A stretch of 64,000 nt of DNA. Source: an uncultured Candidatus Saccharibacteria bacterium (GTDB lineage: Bacteria > Patescibacteriota > Saccharimonadia > Saccharimonadales > JAUPVS01). Positions within the stretch are counted from its first letter, which is position 1, and each line of letters opens with the position of its first letter. The DNA lies in NCBI GenBank assembly GCA_964627095.1, contig CAZVKH010000001.1, positions 8,451 through 72,450 of the forward strand, read 5' to 3'. A program made the position numbers and the translations under genes. Under the pieces are notes generated by a model. It made no database searches. It was not told where the DNA came from and saw only the letters and a list, made by a program, of their open reading frames with translations. Positions 37,827 to 49,188 of this stretch are shown here, piece by piece.

Positions 37827-39416
37827 CTACTGGATTTTGACCGTACCTAGAACTATCTTTTTGGCCTTATCAACAATTGGCCGAACTTCTTCCAATCCGA
37901 ATATCCAAGAAACCGTGATGTGAACCATTAATGTAACTAATGAAATTGTTCCAAGCTTAACACCAAGCGTCACAAAACCTCGGTCTACTGTGGTTAACGG
38001 CAGTAGCGATATCATCATAAAGGCGGCTACCAGCGAGAATCCAGTGACGGCAATGATTTTGAAAATACCACCCCAGAAGTATTTATCAATAAGTTTTGGA
38101 TCACGCACCACCATCACCACAAATAGCAGCGCTACCTCGGCAGTTGCCACAATCGACTGAGCCAGAGCCAGGCCGGAAACCCCGTAAGAATCGTTGCGAG
38201 CCAGCGTAAAGGCTAGATATATGTTAAGTGCGATGGCGGCAATCGAACCAAGCAGCGGCGTTACCGTGTCCTTCTGAGCATAGAAGTATCGCGATACCAT
38301 GGCATAGATTGATCTAAAGAAGATGGCAACAACCAAGAAGCCAAAAATCAGGGCCACTTGTGGTGCCAGATTACCAAATATCAGACGCGCCAAGTAACCA
38401 CGCGCAAAGTAAGCTACAACGCAGACCGGCATCAGCAGCCAAATCATGGTACGCAAAATGCTGAGGAAGTCTTTACGGAATAGGTCAGGGCGGCCTTGAG
38501 CCAGGCGTTCGTTTAAACGCGGAAAGGCAGCGGTGGCGATTGAACTACCCAGCAGCATGATTGGCACGTTCATAAGGGTAACAGCATAGCTATAGTTACT
38601 AATTGAACCAATCCCTAGGTTATTGGCGCGGTTCAGCTCAACAACAGTATTAACCTGGTCGATACCTTGGTCCAGAGATCTGGGTGGCAGCTGCCGTAAA
38701 ACATGCCGAAAATCATTGTTCTTAAAGAATATTTTGGGAGTGTACTTAAATTTAAGTCCCGCCATACCCATCCAAGAAACGATCAGTTGTAATATACCAC
38801 CAATTACAGCGCCGACGGCCAGGCCAACGATACCCATACTATCTTTAAATATGTAGATACTCGCAATCACCGAAGCGTTATAGATAAGTGGGCCTATTGC
38901 GTAGAAGAAGAAACGACCAAAGGTCTGCTGCACGCTAGTGACGATTCCAGCCAGAGTAAAGAATAATGGGTTCAACGAAATTAGCCGCAGCATTAGTACG
39001 GCTTCGTTCAAGTTTTGCTCAGGTAATTTTGGATAGAGCGCGCTGATGAGTGGCTGGGCAAACACGAACAGAATCACCGCCACGATTACCATGGCGATGG
39101 TTAGTAAGTTTATGATGCTGCTTGTTATTGCCCACAAGTGCTTCTTGTCGCCAGCCTCGAGCCGTTCGGCCAAAACCGGCATAAAGGCCACACCCAAAGC
39201 ACCTGCGGCAATAGTGTAAAAGAAGAAATCTGGAATCTGGAAGGCCGCAAAGAAAGCATCGGTTGAGCCAATTTGTGACGGTGCATTCCAGTTGGCGCTA
39301 ACTAACCGGTTGCGCAAGAAACCAAGTAATTGACCAGCCAGAGTAACCACGAATAGCAATGTGGCGGCACTGCCAAAGCTAACGCGCGAGTTGGCACGGT
39401 TCTTGAGTTTATTCAT
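37827..39416 (-). CDS. murJ: Lipid II flippase MurJ (MviN)
   Basis: 529 aa, 14 predicted TM helices, MurJ N-terminal pattern. Confidence 0.85.
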   Translation of the reverse strand: MNKLKNRANSRVSFGSAATLLFVVTLAGQLLGFLRNRLVSANWNAPSQIGSTDAFFAAFQIPDFFFYTIAAGALGVAFMPVLAERLEAGDKKHLWAITSSIINLLTIAMVIVAVILFVFAQPLISALYPKLPEQNLNEAVLMLRLISLNPLFFTLAGIVTSVQQTFGRFFFYAIGPLIYNASVIASIYIFKDSMGIVGLAVGAVIGGILQLIVSWMGMAGLKFKYTPKIFFKNNDFRHVLRQLPPRSLDQGIDQVNTVVELNRANNLGIGSISNYSYAVTLMNVPIMLLGSSIATAAFPRLNERLAQGRPDLFRKDFLSILRTMIWLLMPVCVVAYFARGYLARLIFGNLAPQVALIFGFLVVAIFFRSIYAMVSRYFYAQKDTVTPLLGSIAAIALNIYLAFTLARNDSYGVSGLALAQSIVATAEVALLFVVMVVRDPKLIDKYFWGGIFKIIAVTGFSLVAAFMMISLLPLTTVDRGFVTLGVKLGTISLVTLMVHITVSWIFGLEEVRPIVDKAKKIVLGTVKIQ

Positions 39417-39472
39417 CGTTTCTAATTATAGGTACAAGCGCCCTAATTAGAAACCTTGTTTTTTAGTTGCGG

Positions 39473-41356
39473 CTAGTAAAGAGCGGCTTCGGTAGGCATC
39501 TTAGCGCCTTTTAAGATTTCGATGACTTCGGGGGCATCAACCGTCTCTTTTTCGAGCAAGGCTTTCTTGAGTGCTTCTAGCTTGTCTTTATTTGACTTAA
39601 TGACTAGCTTGGCGCGACGGGCGGCTTCGGATATCAATGACTCAATTTCATCGTCAATAATCTTGGCGGTGTCTTCGGAGTACTGACGTTCGTGCATTAG
39701 TTTGTCCATCATAATACCTTCATCGGTGTGGAAGACTTGGTTGCGCAGCTTACCGCTACCCATACCTTGGTTAACAATCATGTCGCGCGCTAGGTCGGCG
39801 GCGGCTGGGAGGTCTGAACCAGCTCCAGTGGTAACGTGATCAGGCCCGTACATAATTTCTTCGGCAATGCGGCCACCCAACATACGTGCCAGGACGTCTT
39901 TAAATTCAACAATGCTGTGATAACTTTTATCTTCGGGTGGGATAGACCAGGTGACACCGCCGGTACCGCCTCGGGGGATAATCGTGACCTTGTGAATAGG
40001 ATCGCTGTCCGGCAAGATGTGACCGACAATGGCGTGGCCGGCTTCGTGGTAGGCCGTCATTTCTTTTTCTTTTTCGCTCATAATCTTGCTCTTGCGCTCG
40101 GGGCCGATGGCAATCTTTTCAAAGGCACCAGTTACATCGGATTGAGTGATTTCTTTTTTGTTATGGCGGGCAGCCAAAATGGCGGCTTCGTTAGCAATAT
40201 TAGCCAAGTCAGCACCAGACGAACCGGCTGATTTTGCGGCTAGGGCATCGAGGTCAACCGACTTAGACAGTGGTTTCTTTTGGAAATGAACTTTTAGGAT
40301 AGCTTCACGGTCTTTGCGATCGGGCAAACCAATATTAACGCGCCGGTCAAACCGACCAGGTCGTAGAAGAGCTGGGTCAAGTACATCGGCGCGGTTGGTA
40401 GCGGCTAAGACAATGACGTTCTGGCCTTGTTCAAAGCCGTCCATTTCTACCAAGATCTGGTTAAGGGTTTGTTCACGTTCGTCGTGTCCACCACCCATAC
40501 CAGAACCACGCTTACGCCCCACGGCATCAATTTCATCAACAAAGATAATACATGGTGAGTTCTTTTTGGCTTTAGCAAATAAGTCACGGACGCGGCTGGC
40601 ACCGACACCAACAAACATTTCAACAAACTCAGAACCAGAAATACTAAAGAAGGGCACGTTGGCTTCGCCGGCGACAGCTCGGGCCAACATCGTCTTACCG
40701 GTACCAGGAGGCCCCACTAGTAATACGCCCTTAGGAATCTTGGCACCAACGCCTTCGAACTTTTTGGGGAACTTTAGGAATTCGACGACTTCTTCGAGGT
40801 CTTGTTTGGCTTCGTCGCTACCGGCAACTTTTTTAAAAGTTACCTTATCTTTTTCGTTGCCATACAAACGAGCCTTGCTCTTACCAAAGCTCATTGCTTG
40901 GTTACCCTGGCCTTGGGCGCTACGCAACATAAAGAACAGTACACCGCTAATTAATATGACTGGCAATATACCGCTTAATAGTGATACCCACAGGCTACCA
41001 GTATTAGGATCGGGTTGCGGGTTAACGGTTAGGCCTTCGACGTCCTTATTCAGCCCCTGGTCGTAAATGCTTGAGCCGGCTTCTTTATAGGACTGTTCGG
41101 TAGGCTTATCTTGATCTTTCTTAGTGACAAGCACTTCGTTGCCCTTGATAGTTAGCTCTTTAGTTTGGCCGGCATTGGCTTCTTCGACCACCTTAGACAA
41201 GGGAACTTTGGTGAGTTTGCTCGGTTGATTGTAGGCAGCAAAAACTACCATACCAAACAAAATAATTATGGCCACTAAAGCTAGGTTTTTGAGGCCACGC
41301 TTACCGGCGCTCGGCTTTTGGGGGCTACGAGAATTTCGAAAAGGTTTTTTATCCAT
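39473..41356 (-). CDS. ftsH: ATP-dependent zinc metalloprotease FtsH
   Basis: Walker [18 protein letters not shown] zinc motif. Confidence 0.95.
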   Translation of the reverse strand: MDKKPFRNSRSPQKPSAGKRGLKNLALVAIIILFGMVVFAAYNQPSKLTKVPLSKVVEEANAGQTKELTIKGNEVLVTKKDQDKPTEQSYKEAGSSIYDQGLNKDVEGLTVNPQPDPNTGSLWVSLLSGILPVILISGVLFFMLRSAQGQGNQAMSFGKSKARLYGNEKDKVTFKKVAGSDEAKQDLEEVVEFLKFPKKFEGVGAKIPKGVLLVGPPGTGKTMLARAVAGEANVPFFSISGSEFVEMFVGVGASRVRDLFAKAKKNSPCIIFVDEIDAVGRKRGSGMGGGHDEREQTLNQILVEMDGFEQGQNVIVLAATNRADVLDPALLRPGRFDRRVNIGLPDRKDREAILKVHFQKKPLSKSVDLDALAAKSAGSSGADLANIANEAAILAARHNKKEITQSDVTGAFEKIAIGPERKSKIMSEKEKEMTAYHEAGHAIVGHILPDSDPIHKVTIIPRGGTGGVTWSIPPEDKSYHSIVEFKDVLARMLGGRIAEEIMYGPDHVTTGAGSDLPAAADLARDMIVNQGMGSGKLRNQVFHTDEGIMMDKLMHERQYSEDTAKIIDDEIESLISEAARRAKLVIKSNKDKLEALKKALLEKETVDAPEVIEILKGAKMPTEAALY

Positions 41357-41393
41357 GTACGTATTCTAGTATATCTTCTTGAAAGGCAGAAAT

Positions 41394-42278
41394 CTAGCGG
41401 TCTGGTCGACCGAGTGCTAAGTGCTTAGCTTGAACGTCCAAGTAGTAGCCAGCACTGATATCGGCCCGCTTGTGGGACTGGTAGGTCTTAGCTGCCACCA
41501 CCAAGCGCTCCAGTGTTTTTTTATCAAATTCGACTTGATGTGAGCGCAACCAACTTGCCAAAACCTCTTTGGCAACATTGTGCGGTAAATGCACAAACCA
41601 TGCTCGGTCAATCTTGTCGGTGGCTGGCTGAATATGAAGTTGTACCGCCAGAAGTTGTTCCAACTCTTGGTTGGTGCGATGGGCCGACTGGATGTGGTCT
41701 AAAAGTTGCTGCCGCTGCGCCGCCGTAAACTTGTTGGTAATGTTTTGGCGAACATAGTTACGCAAGTAGGTATCATCCGAATTGGTACTATCTTCGCGCC
41801 ATCTGATATTGTGCGCCTGGGCGTAGTCTTTAATCTGTTGTTTATCGTAACTAAGTAAAGGGCGGACTACAACATCGGTGCTTTTGAGCGAACTTAAACC
41901 CCTGCGGCCAGTTCCGCGCAGCAAGTTAATAATGGCTGTTTCGAGCATATCGTCTTGATGATGAGCGGTAATAATTGACTGAGCGCCAGACGCTTGCCGC
42001 ACCTTATGCAAGAATTCATAACGCGCCCGTCGTGCCAATGCTTCGCTGGCGCCAGCGCCAAGTTCACCCTTGTGGTAGGCAAATGGTATCTGGTGAGAAC
42101 GTGTTACATCCTGGATTAGCAGACGATCCTGATGGGAATCATCACGAATGCCATGGTCAAAATGCGCCACTGTAATGCGTACATCCGGCTGCTGGCGCAG
42201 AATATCAAGTAGTACCATTGAGTCGACACCACCCGAAACAGCTAGCACGTAGTGGCCGCTAGGGACATGAATATTCAT
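41394..42278 (-). CDS. tilS: tRNA(Ile)-lysidine synthetase TilS
   Basis: PP-loop SGGVDSMVLL, 294 aa. Consistent with the tRNA-Ile2(CAT) gene at 57212. Confidence 0.85.
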   Translation of the reverse strand: MNIHVPSGHYVLAVSGGVDSMVLLDILRQQPDVRITVAHFDHGIRDDSHQDRLLIQDVTRSHQIPFAYHKGELGAGASEALARRARYEFLHKVRQASGAQSIITAHHQDDMLETAIINLLRGTGRRGLSSLKSTDVVVRPLLSYDKQQIKDYAQAHNIRWREDSTNSDDTYLRNYVRQNITNKFTAAQRQQLLDHIQSAHRTNQELEQLLAVQLHIQPATDKIDRAWFVHLPHNVAKEVLASWLRSHQVEFDKKTLERLVVAAKTYQSHKRADISAGYYLDVQAKHLALGRPDR

Positions 42279-42313
42279 ACTCCTATCTTATCAGGTGTGC
42301 TATAATTTGCATT

Positions 42314-42874
42314 ATGTCAGAAATATTGGCTGGATTCGTTGGCAACCCCAGTTCGGGCAAGTCTCGCTTAACCTCGCATTTGTCTACCACACTGGAGATT
42401 CCTCGAGTTACCGGGTCGGACATTATCAAAGGCTGGGCCTTAGAACGTGGCGTGTCTTTAAACAAACGCCCCGACTTTACAGCTTTTCAGCTTAGAATGC
42501 GCCAGGAACTTGGGCCGAATTGTCTAATGCAAGCGATGCTTACTCATCGCAACGAGGCCGGCCTGATTATCGATGGTCTTAGAAACATACAGGACTACAA
42601 TATGTTTAAAGAAGAGGGCGGACTAACTATCGCCACCTGGTGTCCACTAACCGAAAGGTTTAGACGCGCCCAAGAGGATGGCGATCAAAAAAATGCTATT
42701 TGCTCAATCGAACAATTCCAGCAGGCCGAGGCAGTCGAATATGCCGACGCTAGCCTCGTCGGACAGCACACCGTAACAATAATGCAGATGGCCGATGTCT
42801 CAGTTGACGCCTCCAGCCCCCTTGACAGGGTTCGGGCTGAAGTTGAAGCACTCTTGCTAGCATCTGCCAGCTAG
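42314..42874 (+). CDS. Hypothetical P-loop NTPase / kinase-like protein
   Basis: Walker A GNPSSGKS. TATAAT 8 nt upstream (near-leaderless). Confidence 0.45.
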   Translation: MSEILAGFVGNPSSGKSRLTSHLSTTLEIPRVTGSDIIKGWALERGVSLNKRPDFTAFQLRMRQELGPNCLMQAMLTHRNEAGLIIDGLRNIQDYNMFKEEGGLTIATWCPLTERFRRAQEDGDQKNAICSIEQFQQAEAVEYADASLVGQHTVTIMQMADVSVDASSPLDRVRAEVEALLLASAS

Positions 42875-44172
42875 TTACTTACTTGGCTGGGCGAACTGCC
42901 CCTTGGGTAGACAACCAGATCCTGGCTCGATTTTTCCCAAGCTGCTTGGATCGGCGCCAGTACGCGCCAGCTTTCTAGCACCTCATCACTAGTAGCAAAC
43001 AGGGTGTGGTCGGACTTCATGGCGTCAACAAAGACGCGTTCGTAGGCATCGGCCAGACGGTCTTCAAAATGATGCTTGTAGTGGAAAGATAGCGGGTGCT
43101 GTTCAATTTGCCAGGCATAGCCCGGTTTCTTAACCCACAACCCTACACAAACCGCTTCGTCGGGCTGAATTCGTAGGGTTAGTAAGTTGGCTTCGGTATT
43201 GCCTTCGCCTTTGTAGGCGACACGGATTTCGGTGTAGTCGTCATCCATCGACTTGCCGGTGGTAAGCTTGATTGGCATTCCCTCCCAACGAGGATCTTTG
43301 GACTCCAACTGAACCGAAACAAAAGTTTCGACATTGCTGTCAGGGTTTTTTACTTCATCTTTATAGCCATCGTACTGGGCGCGCACGGCTTTAGTAGCTG
43401 GCACCAATTTTTTAAGTGCCTCGCGGCGTAAGCGCGGAATGCTTTTCCAGTCATCAAGCTTTGGTAGCTCCATAAGAGTTAAGGCAAGGAGTTGCAAAAG
43501 ATGGCTTTGCACCAAGTCACGCAAAGCACCGGTTTGTTCATAAAAGTGAGCCCGGCCTTCTATACCAATCTTTTGGCAGGCCACTACCTCTATATTGGCA
43601 ATGAATTCACTGCTCCAGGTTTGGGCAAAGACCGGATTAGCCGACCGGAAAACTACCAAGTTTTGGGCCATTTCTTTGGCCAGATAATGATCGATTCTAT
43701 AGACCTGGTCTTCTTTAAAATGCTTGTCGAGATCTTTAACCAGCTTTTCTGCCGAAGCCAGGTCGGTTCCAAATGGTTTTTCTAATAACAGCTTGGTGTC
43801 GGTCTTTTCGGCTAGTCCGGTTTGGCCAAGATGCTCAATCACACCCAAGGCGGCACTGGGCGGTACCGACAAATAGAACAGTCGCTGAGCCGAACCACCT
43901 AATGATCGTTCGATACCTTCTAGCTGTGTGGCTAGATTGTGATAATCTTGCTTGCTATCTAGGTCCATCTGACGCAGTTCAAGGTGGTGCTCCCAAAATT
44001 CGTCGGCGTCTGGAGCGACATCAGCTAACTTAAGATGGCGCCGTGATATACCAATGATGCGAAAAGCCTCGGGCAGAGCCTTGGCCTGAGCAATCTCGCG
44101 AATCGCTGGCAGTAACTTGCGCTGAGCCAGATCGCCGCTAATACCAACAATAACTAAAATGGTTGGTTTCAT
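42871..44172 (-). CDS. zwf: Glucose-6-phosphate 1-dehydrogenase
   Basis: GISGDLAQRKLLPA NADP-binding motif, RIDHYLAKE active-site motif. Confidence 0.9.
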   Translation of the reverse strand: MKPTILVIVGISGDLAQRKLLPAIREIAQAKALPEAFRIIGISRRHLKLADVAPDADEFWEHHLELRQMDLDSKQDYHNLATQLEGIERSLGGSAQRLFYLSVPPSAALGVIEHLGQTGLAEKTDTKLLLEKPFGTDLASAEKLVKDLDKHFKEDQVYRIDHYLAKEMAQNLVVFRSANPVFAQTWSSEFIANIEVVACQKIGIEGRAHFYEQTGALRDLVQSHLLQLLALTLMELPKLDDWKSIPRLRREALKKLVPATKAVRAQYDGYKDEVKNPDSNVETFVSVQLESKDPRWEGMPIKLTTGKSMDDDYTEIRVAYKGEGNTEANLLTLRIQPDEAVCVGLWVKKPGYAWQIEQHPLSFHYKHHFEDRLADAYERVFVDAMKSDHTLFATSDEVLESWRVLAPIQAAWEKSSQDLVVYPRGSSPSQVSN

Positions 44173-45071
44173 TTATTTAACTCGTGTCCGCCAAATTTAT
44201 TACGCATCGCCGCGAGTAATTTAGTAGCAAAGTTAGTTTCGCCTTTTTGCGAGGCTAGTCGCACATCAAACGAGGTCTGAATCGCTGGCAGTGGAATACC
44301 CAAATCTTTAGCCGTTTCGAGTGTCCAACGGGCTTCGCCCGACTCGGCCACAAAGCCGTCGATGCCGTCTAGGTTGGGGTTTTCGGCCAAGGCTGCCTGC
44401 GAAAGTTCATTAAGCCAAGACGTTACCACGCTATGGTGCTGCCAAACGTTGCCGGCTGCTGCCAGGTCAAGATCTTTGTAGGCACCTTCTTTAAGCATCC
44501 GGTAGCCTTCGGCCAAACTTTCCATCATGCCGTATTCAACGGCGTTATGGACCATCTTAACGTAGTGACCAGAGCCACTCGGACCAAAATGGAAGTAAGC
44601 GCCTTCTGGTTGCGCTAGGGTTTTAAGGACTGGTTCAATTACAGCCACGCCGGCTTTGTCACCACCGACCATCATCGAAAAGCCGTTTTGGTAACCCCAA
44701 ACGCCACCACTAGTACCAACATCAAGCAATAACGAACCTTGGCTAGCTACTAACTCGGCCCGTTTTTGCGTTAAGCGGAAGTCGGAATTACCACCGTCTA
44801 CCAAGACACTTCCCTTAGGTACCAACTTAAGCCAATCATTAATTGTTTCGTCCATAATCTCGGCCGGTAGCATAATCCACAGCACCACCGGCTCATCACC
44901 AAAGGCAGCCACCACATCTTGTGGGCTCGGGGCAGTAGTTGCACCGTAGCCAACGGCTTCATCAATTGGCCCTTGACTACGATTATGAGCAATTACCTCG
45001 TGACCATTTTCACTTAGCTTGCGAGAAATTTGCATACCCATGCGGCCTAGGCCAGCGATTGCGATTTTCAT
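44169..45071 (-). CDS. gnd: 6-phosphogluconate dehydrogenase (decarboxylating), short YqeC-like form
   Basis: MKIAIAGLGRMGMQISRKL… Rossmann N-terminus, 300 aa. Confidence 0.85.
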   Translation of the reverse strand: MKIAIAGLGRMGMQISRKLSENGHEVIAHNRSQGPIDEAVGYGATTAPSPQDVVAAFGDEPVVLWIMLPAEIMDETINDWLKLVPKGSVLVDGGNSDFRLTQKRAELVASQGSLLLDVGTSGGVWGYQNGFSMMVGGDKAGVAVIEPVLKTLAQPEGAYFHFGPSGSGHYVKMVHNAVEYGMMESLAEGYRMLKEGAYKDLDLAAAGNVWQHHSVVTSWLNELSQAALAENPNLDGIDGFVAESGEARWTLETAKDLGIPLPAIQTSFDVRLASQKGETNFATKLLAAMRNKFGGHELNK

Positions 45072-45730
45072 ACGGTGTCTCCTGTTTGGTCATTAAAAAT
45101 TGTGAGCTTGGGAACTTGTTTAAGGGCTTGGGCCGGCTGGTCGGTAATTGGTAAATCTTGCTGAAGTCGCTCTAGTTGAGGAAGCTTGGCCTCGCCCATG
45201 GCATAGACTACGGCCTCACTAAGTGCCGCTATGGCCGGTGCCGTCATGGTAATTCTTTGGTAATCGCCGTTATCAAATGAAGCCGCCCATTCGGTGGCAG
45301 TAACGGCTGGGCTACCCGGAATAATACCGGCGGTGTGGCCATCCGGACCAATCCCAAATAGACCAACACAGTAAGCCGCACCTTGGCAGAATTCTTGAAG
45401 GTGCTGAGCATATTCAGTGGTTGTTTGGCTACGATCATGGCCGTGTAAAACTGGTACGGCGGTGGCGCCTGGCAAGTTAAAGCCAGCGTCTTTGAGCTGC
45501 TGCCAATTAGAATCACTATGCCCCACCGGGCCAAAACGTTCGTCAGTTAAGGTGACGGTAAGATTTTCTAGGTTGGCGTCTTGGAGTCTTTGAGATACCG
45601 CTACGGCTACGGCAATGGCTGATCCACCCGGAACCAACCAAAGCACCTTACCCTCGCCCAGCTTTTGACGAAACACCCCCGCCAGGTAAGTGACAACCGA
45701 TTCATCATTGGTGACTTTGTACAGCTGCAT
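45068..45730 (-). CDS. pgl: 6-phosphogluconolactonase
   Basis: NagB/RpiA/CoA-transferase-like fold signature …LVPGGSAIAV…, 220 aa. First gene of the pgl-gnd-zwf operon. Confidence 0.75.
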   Translation of the reverse strand: MQLYKVTNDESVVTYLAGVFRQKLGEGKVLWLVPGGSAIAVAVAVSQRLQDANLENLTVTLTDERFGPVGHSDSNWQQLKDAGFNLPGATAVPVLHGHDRSQTTTEYAQHLQEFCQGAAYCVGLFGIGPDGHTAGIIPGSPAVTATEWAASFDNGDYQRITMTAPAIAALSEAVVYAMGEAKLPQLERLQQDLPITDQPAQALKQVPKLTIFNDQTGDTV

Positions 45731-45757
45731 TGTGTACTCAGTATATTACAATGAGGC

Positions 45758-46373
45758 TATGAAACTAGCGGTTATTGGGGCAAACGGTAAAACCGGTCGC
45801 GTGTTTGTACGGACCGCCCTAGAATCCGGCCATACTGTTACGGCCGCCGTCCACCGTCACAATTCCCTACCCAGCCATCCAAATCTTGTCATTAGGCAGG
45901 TTGACGCCACCAAGCCGGACGATATGAACGACCTGGTAAACGGTCAAGATGCCGTGATTAGCCTAATCGGTCACGGCTTAAAAACTCCACCCAATGTTCA
46001 GACTGACGCTATCAAGGCGATCGCCAAGGCCATGACTAAAAACCAAAAGCTAATCAGCCTCACCGGCACTGGTGTGCGCCAACCAGGTGACCACATTGCA
46101 ATCTTTGACCGTCTACTAAACGAACCCCTGGCATTAGTTATGAAAACTATGGTTCAGGACGGGCGTAATCACCTGGCCGCCCTGGAACAAAGCCAAGTAG
46201 ATTGGACAGTGCTGCGTGCTCTAAAACTAACCAACCGGCGCAAACATAGCTTTCAGCTGCTAGTAAACGGCCCGGCAAGATTATTTGTGTCACGAGCCAC
46301 CGTGGCTCAGGCCATTCTTGATGTTCTAAAACAAAAAAGTTTCTCGCGCCAAGCACCAATTATTGGCAAATAA
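45758..46373 (+). CDS. NAD(P)H-binding NmrA/SDR-like oxidoreductase
   Basis: MKLAVIGANGKTGRVFVRTAL… ATG at 45758 with GAGG Shine-Dalgarno. Confidence 0.65.
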
Positions 46374-46390
46374 TCAGGTACACTAAAGCC

Positions 46391-46834
46391 ATGAAAACAA
46401 TCACTATTTGTTCCAGCGCTGCTTTCTACCGTGACGTCATTAAGATTAAAGAAGAGCTGGAAAAGCTTGGTGTACACGTAATAGTGCCCAAGACTGCCCT
46501 GCGCATGCAAAAGAATAATGACTACGAAGTCAGCCACTACAAAACCTGGATGGCCGATGCCAACGACTACCACAAAAAAGCCGAACTAATGATGAGCCAC
46601 TTCGAGGAAATCGATAAAGGTGGTGCTATCTTGGTAGTTAACAACACTAAGCACGGAGTAGAAAACTACATTGGCGGCAACGTTCTAATGGAAATGGCCT
46701 TGGCCTTCTTTCAGAAAAAACCAATCTTTATTCTTCATGACATACCCCATGAATCACCTCTTATCGAAGAAGTCTTGGGGGTTTTACCAATCACACTAAA
46801 GGGCGATATCAAAAGCCTCGTTAAGCAGCTTTAA
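46391..46834 (+). CDS. Nucleoside 2-deoxyribosyltransferase-like (Rossmann NDT/YtoQ-like) protein
   Basis: 147 aa, MKTITICSSAAFY… pattern typical of NDT-like proteins. Confidence 0.4.
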   Translation: MKTITICSSAAFYRDVIKIKEELEKLGVHVIVPKTALRMQKNNDYEVSHYKTWMADANDYHKKAELMMSHFEEIDKGGAILVVNNTKHGVENYIGGNVLMEMALAFFQKKPIFILHDIPHESPLIEEVLGVLPITLKGDIKSLVKQL

Positions 46835-46896
46835 CTAAGACCACTGCCAGATTTCCGTCATGCCATCACTATAGCAAATAGGCTATACTGTTAGGA

Positions 46897-48018
46897 GTGA
46901 CTAAGAAACCGCGACCAAGTAAAAAACAAGGATTTGCCAGCCTCGGGCTGGTGGTTTTACTTTTGGTAGCCGGTGCAATTTTTTATCAGTTAGCCGTATC
47001 AGCTCCACGCACCCCTAAACTTCCCGAACCATCATTAAAGGCTTTGGCCAAGGAAAAGAACATTGAGCTTGGTAACTTTGCGATCGCCAACCATCTTGAT
47101 GTTAAGCCCTACACCGACATCCTAACGTCGCAGTTCGACTTTGCATTGGCCGATAACACCCCCAACTGGTACTTCACCGATGGCGGGTTACGACCAACCG
47201 AAAGTACCTATAACTTCGTCCAGATGGATCAAGTAGTTAACTTTGCGAAAAGCAATAACATGCCGGTTCAAGCCCACCACTACGTTTGGGGTGAAGAAAA
47301 GTGGCTGCCAGCTTGGCTAAAAGACGGTAACTACACTAAAGAGCAGCTGATGAAGCTCTTGCAGGATCACATTACAACTGTTGGTCAGCGTTACAGTGGT
47401 CAGGTTCGCGAATGGACGGTGGTCAACGAACCTTTCACCCGGCAACAACACCTGTTTGACCTTAACGACTGGTGGGCCGATAACATCGGTGATCAAAGCT
47501 ACATTGATCAATCGTTCATTTGGGCTCGCCAAGCTGACCCCAAATCTAAACTAATCATTAACGACTTCAATAACGAAAGCATTAACGATACTTCTAACTT
47601 GATGTACGACTACGTTAAAGGGGCGTTAGCCCGCGGCGTCCCAATTGATGGCGTTGGCATGCAGATGCACATTGATGGTGGCCATCCACCAACCAAGGAT
47701 GAGGTTATTTCCAATATGAAGCGTTTCGGTGCCCTTGGTGTGCGCGTCTATGTTACCGAATTCGACGTCAATATGAATGATGTCAAAACCAATGCCGCCG
47801 GCAAAGATGAAATTCAGGGCAATATTTATTACGAAATGATGCGGGCTTGTATTGAATCAAAAGTTTGCGACAGCTTTGCCTACTTAGGAATTACCGATAG
47901 CGAAACTTGGTACAACTACATCGGACTAGCCGACCCCCGACCACTGATGTTCGACAAGAATTACCGACCAAAACCAGCCTTTTGGAGCACACGAGTCGCT
48001 TTAGAACAGCAAGACTAG
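46897..48018 (+). CDS. Glycoside hydrolase family 10 endo-1,4-beta-xylanase with N-terminal TM/signal anchor
   Basis: Catalytic motifs WTVVNEPF (acid/base Glu) and YVTEFDV (nucleophile Glu). Confidence 0.8.
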   Translation: MTKKPRPSKKQGFASLGLVVLLLVAGAIFYQLAVSAPRTPKLPEPSLKALAKEKNIELGNFAIANHLDVKPYTDILTSQFDFALADNTPNWYFTDGGLRPTESTYNFVQMDQVVNFAKSNNMPVQAHHYVWGEEKWLPAWLKDGNYTKEQLMKLLQDHITTVGQRYSGQVREWTVVNEPFTRQQHLFDLNDWWADNIGDQSYIDQSFIWARQADPKSKLIINDFNNESINDTSNLMYDYVKGALARGVPIDGVGMQMHIDGGHPPTKDEVISNMKRFGALGVRVYVTEFDVNMNDVKTNAAGKDEIQGNIYYEMMRACIESKVCDSFAYLGITDSETWYNYIGLADPRPLMFDKNYRPKPAFWSTRVALEQQD

Positions 48019-48551
48019 AATAGCTCAGTGTTCTTGGTGCTATAACGTGACTCTAAAGTATAGGTGCCGTCTTCTTCTAAGTTTGTCTGTAGAGTGTATT
48101 CGTCACACTCGATACAGCCTTCCGGTCCAACTGTGTATTCGTAGGCAGCCCCTTTGGGATCGGTCTTAGGATAAACACCGCGCAGCTCACTCAGTTCATT
48201 TGGATAAAAGCCGTACTGGCGGTGGTAATTTTCTAGGCGAACTTGCAGGGTCTGCACATCGCGGCGACGCTCGTCGTTACGGGCCTCACGCATTAAGTAA
48301 GGCCAGAAAGCTATGATCATACCAACAATGACAATTACGATGATGCAAATAACTAGGTTCATTATCCAGCCAATCCTAGAGATTACTGGTGAATTACCAG
48401 CTTTTTTGGCCTGGCTAGCACCAACTAATCCGACAATAAAACCGGGCAAAGACAACCCAAATAATGCTAAACCAAGACTAACTAAACCAAGTACATCAAC
48501 CGGTTCATTTTTGGGTGCATGGGCAACTGGAGTGGTACTGTCTTTTGTCAT
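48015..48551 (-). CDS. Membrane protein: DUF4190-like N-terminal TM domain fused to a pseudopilin/GspG-like C-terminal domain
   Basis: …VQTLQVRLENYHRQYGFYPNELSEL… resembles the T2SS/T4P pseudopilin globular domain. Confidence 0.4.
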   Translation of the reverse strand: MTKDSTTPVAHAPKNEPVDVLGLVSLGLALFGLSLPGFIVGLVGASQAKKAGNSPVISRIGWIMNLVICIIVIVIVGMIIAFWPYLMREARNDERRRDVQTLQVRLENYHRQYGFYPNELSELRGVYPKTDPKGAAYEYTVGPEGCIECDEYTLQTNLEEDGTYTLESRYSTKNTELF

Positions 48552-48585
48552 AGTAGTTTCCTTATTTATGACAACAGTATATCAG

Positions 48586-49128
48586 CTACTTAAGCTTATT
48601 AAGATGGCGCAAGCCTAATAGCACCAACAGCCCCATAACACCGGCTCCAATAAAGGCGGCCACAGCGGCGTAGTAGGCGATCATACCAAAGGTCCAGTAA
48701 GCGTAGCCGTCACCCAACAAAATTCCACGCAGGGTTTCACCTTGGAACAAGCTCTGCTTTTGAGCTTGCAACTTAGCGTTAGTAGGGTCCTTCATAGCTT
48801 CGGCACTAACTTCGGCGTAGGTTTTACCACCAGCAATATCATCAAGATGCTTACCAATGTAGTCATTGGCGTATGCCTTAGCCTTAGGTCCGTCATCCAC
48901 CTGTTGTCCAGCGTACTTTTGCAAAGTTGGGTACTTGGCCGGATCCAGTGCTGGGCTACCCTTGGCCGGGAAGTAAATTTTTTGAGCCGAAAGTTCGTTG
49001 CGCACGTTGGTAGTAGCGAAGTTGTAGGCGTAGAAAGATAGACTACCGACGGCCAGTAGTACGGCTGTCATAGCAGCGCCCAGTAGTATAAATACTTTAT
49101 CAATTGTTTTACGATCTGATTTTGCCAT
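48586..49128 (-). CDS. Hypothetical membrane protein (N- and C-terminal TM helices)
   Basis: 180 aa. Confidence 0.45.
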   Translation of the reverse strand: MAKSDRKTIDKVFILLGAAMTAVLLAVGSLSFYAYNFATTNVRNELSAQKIYFPAKGSPALDPAKYPTLQKYAGQQVDDGPKAKAYANDYIGKHLDDIAGGKTYAEVSAEAMKDPTNAKLQAQKQSLFQGETLRGILLGDGYAYWTFGMIAYYAAVAAFIGAGVMGLLVLLGLRHLNKLK

Positions 49129-49188
49129 GTTTATTCCTTTTTACTGCCCTACCTTAGCATTCTTAGCGCTTACGTTTTGTGATTTGAA

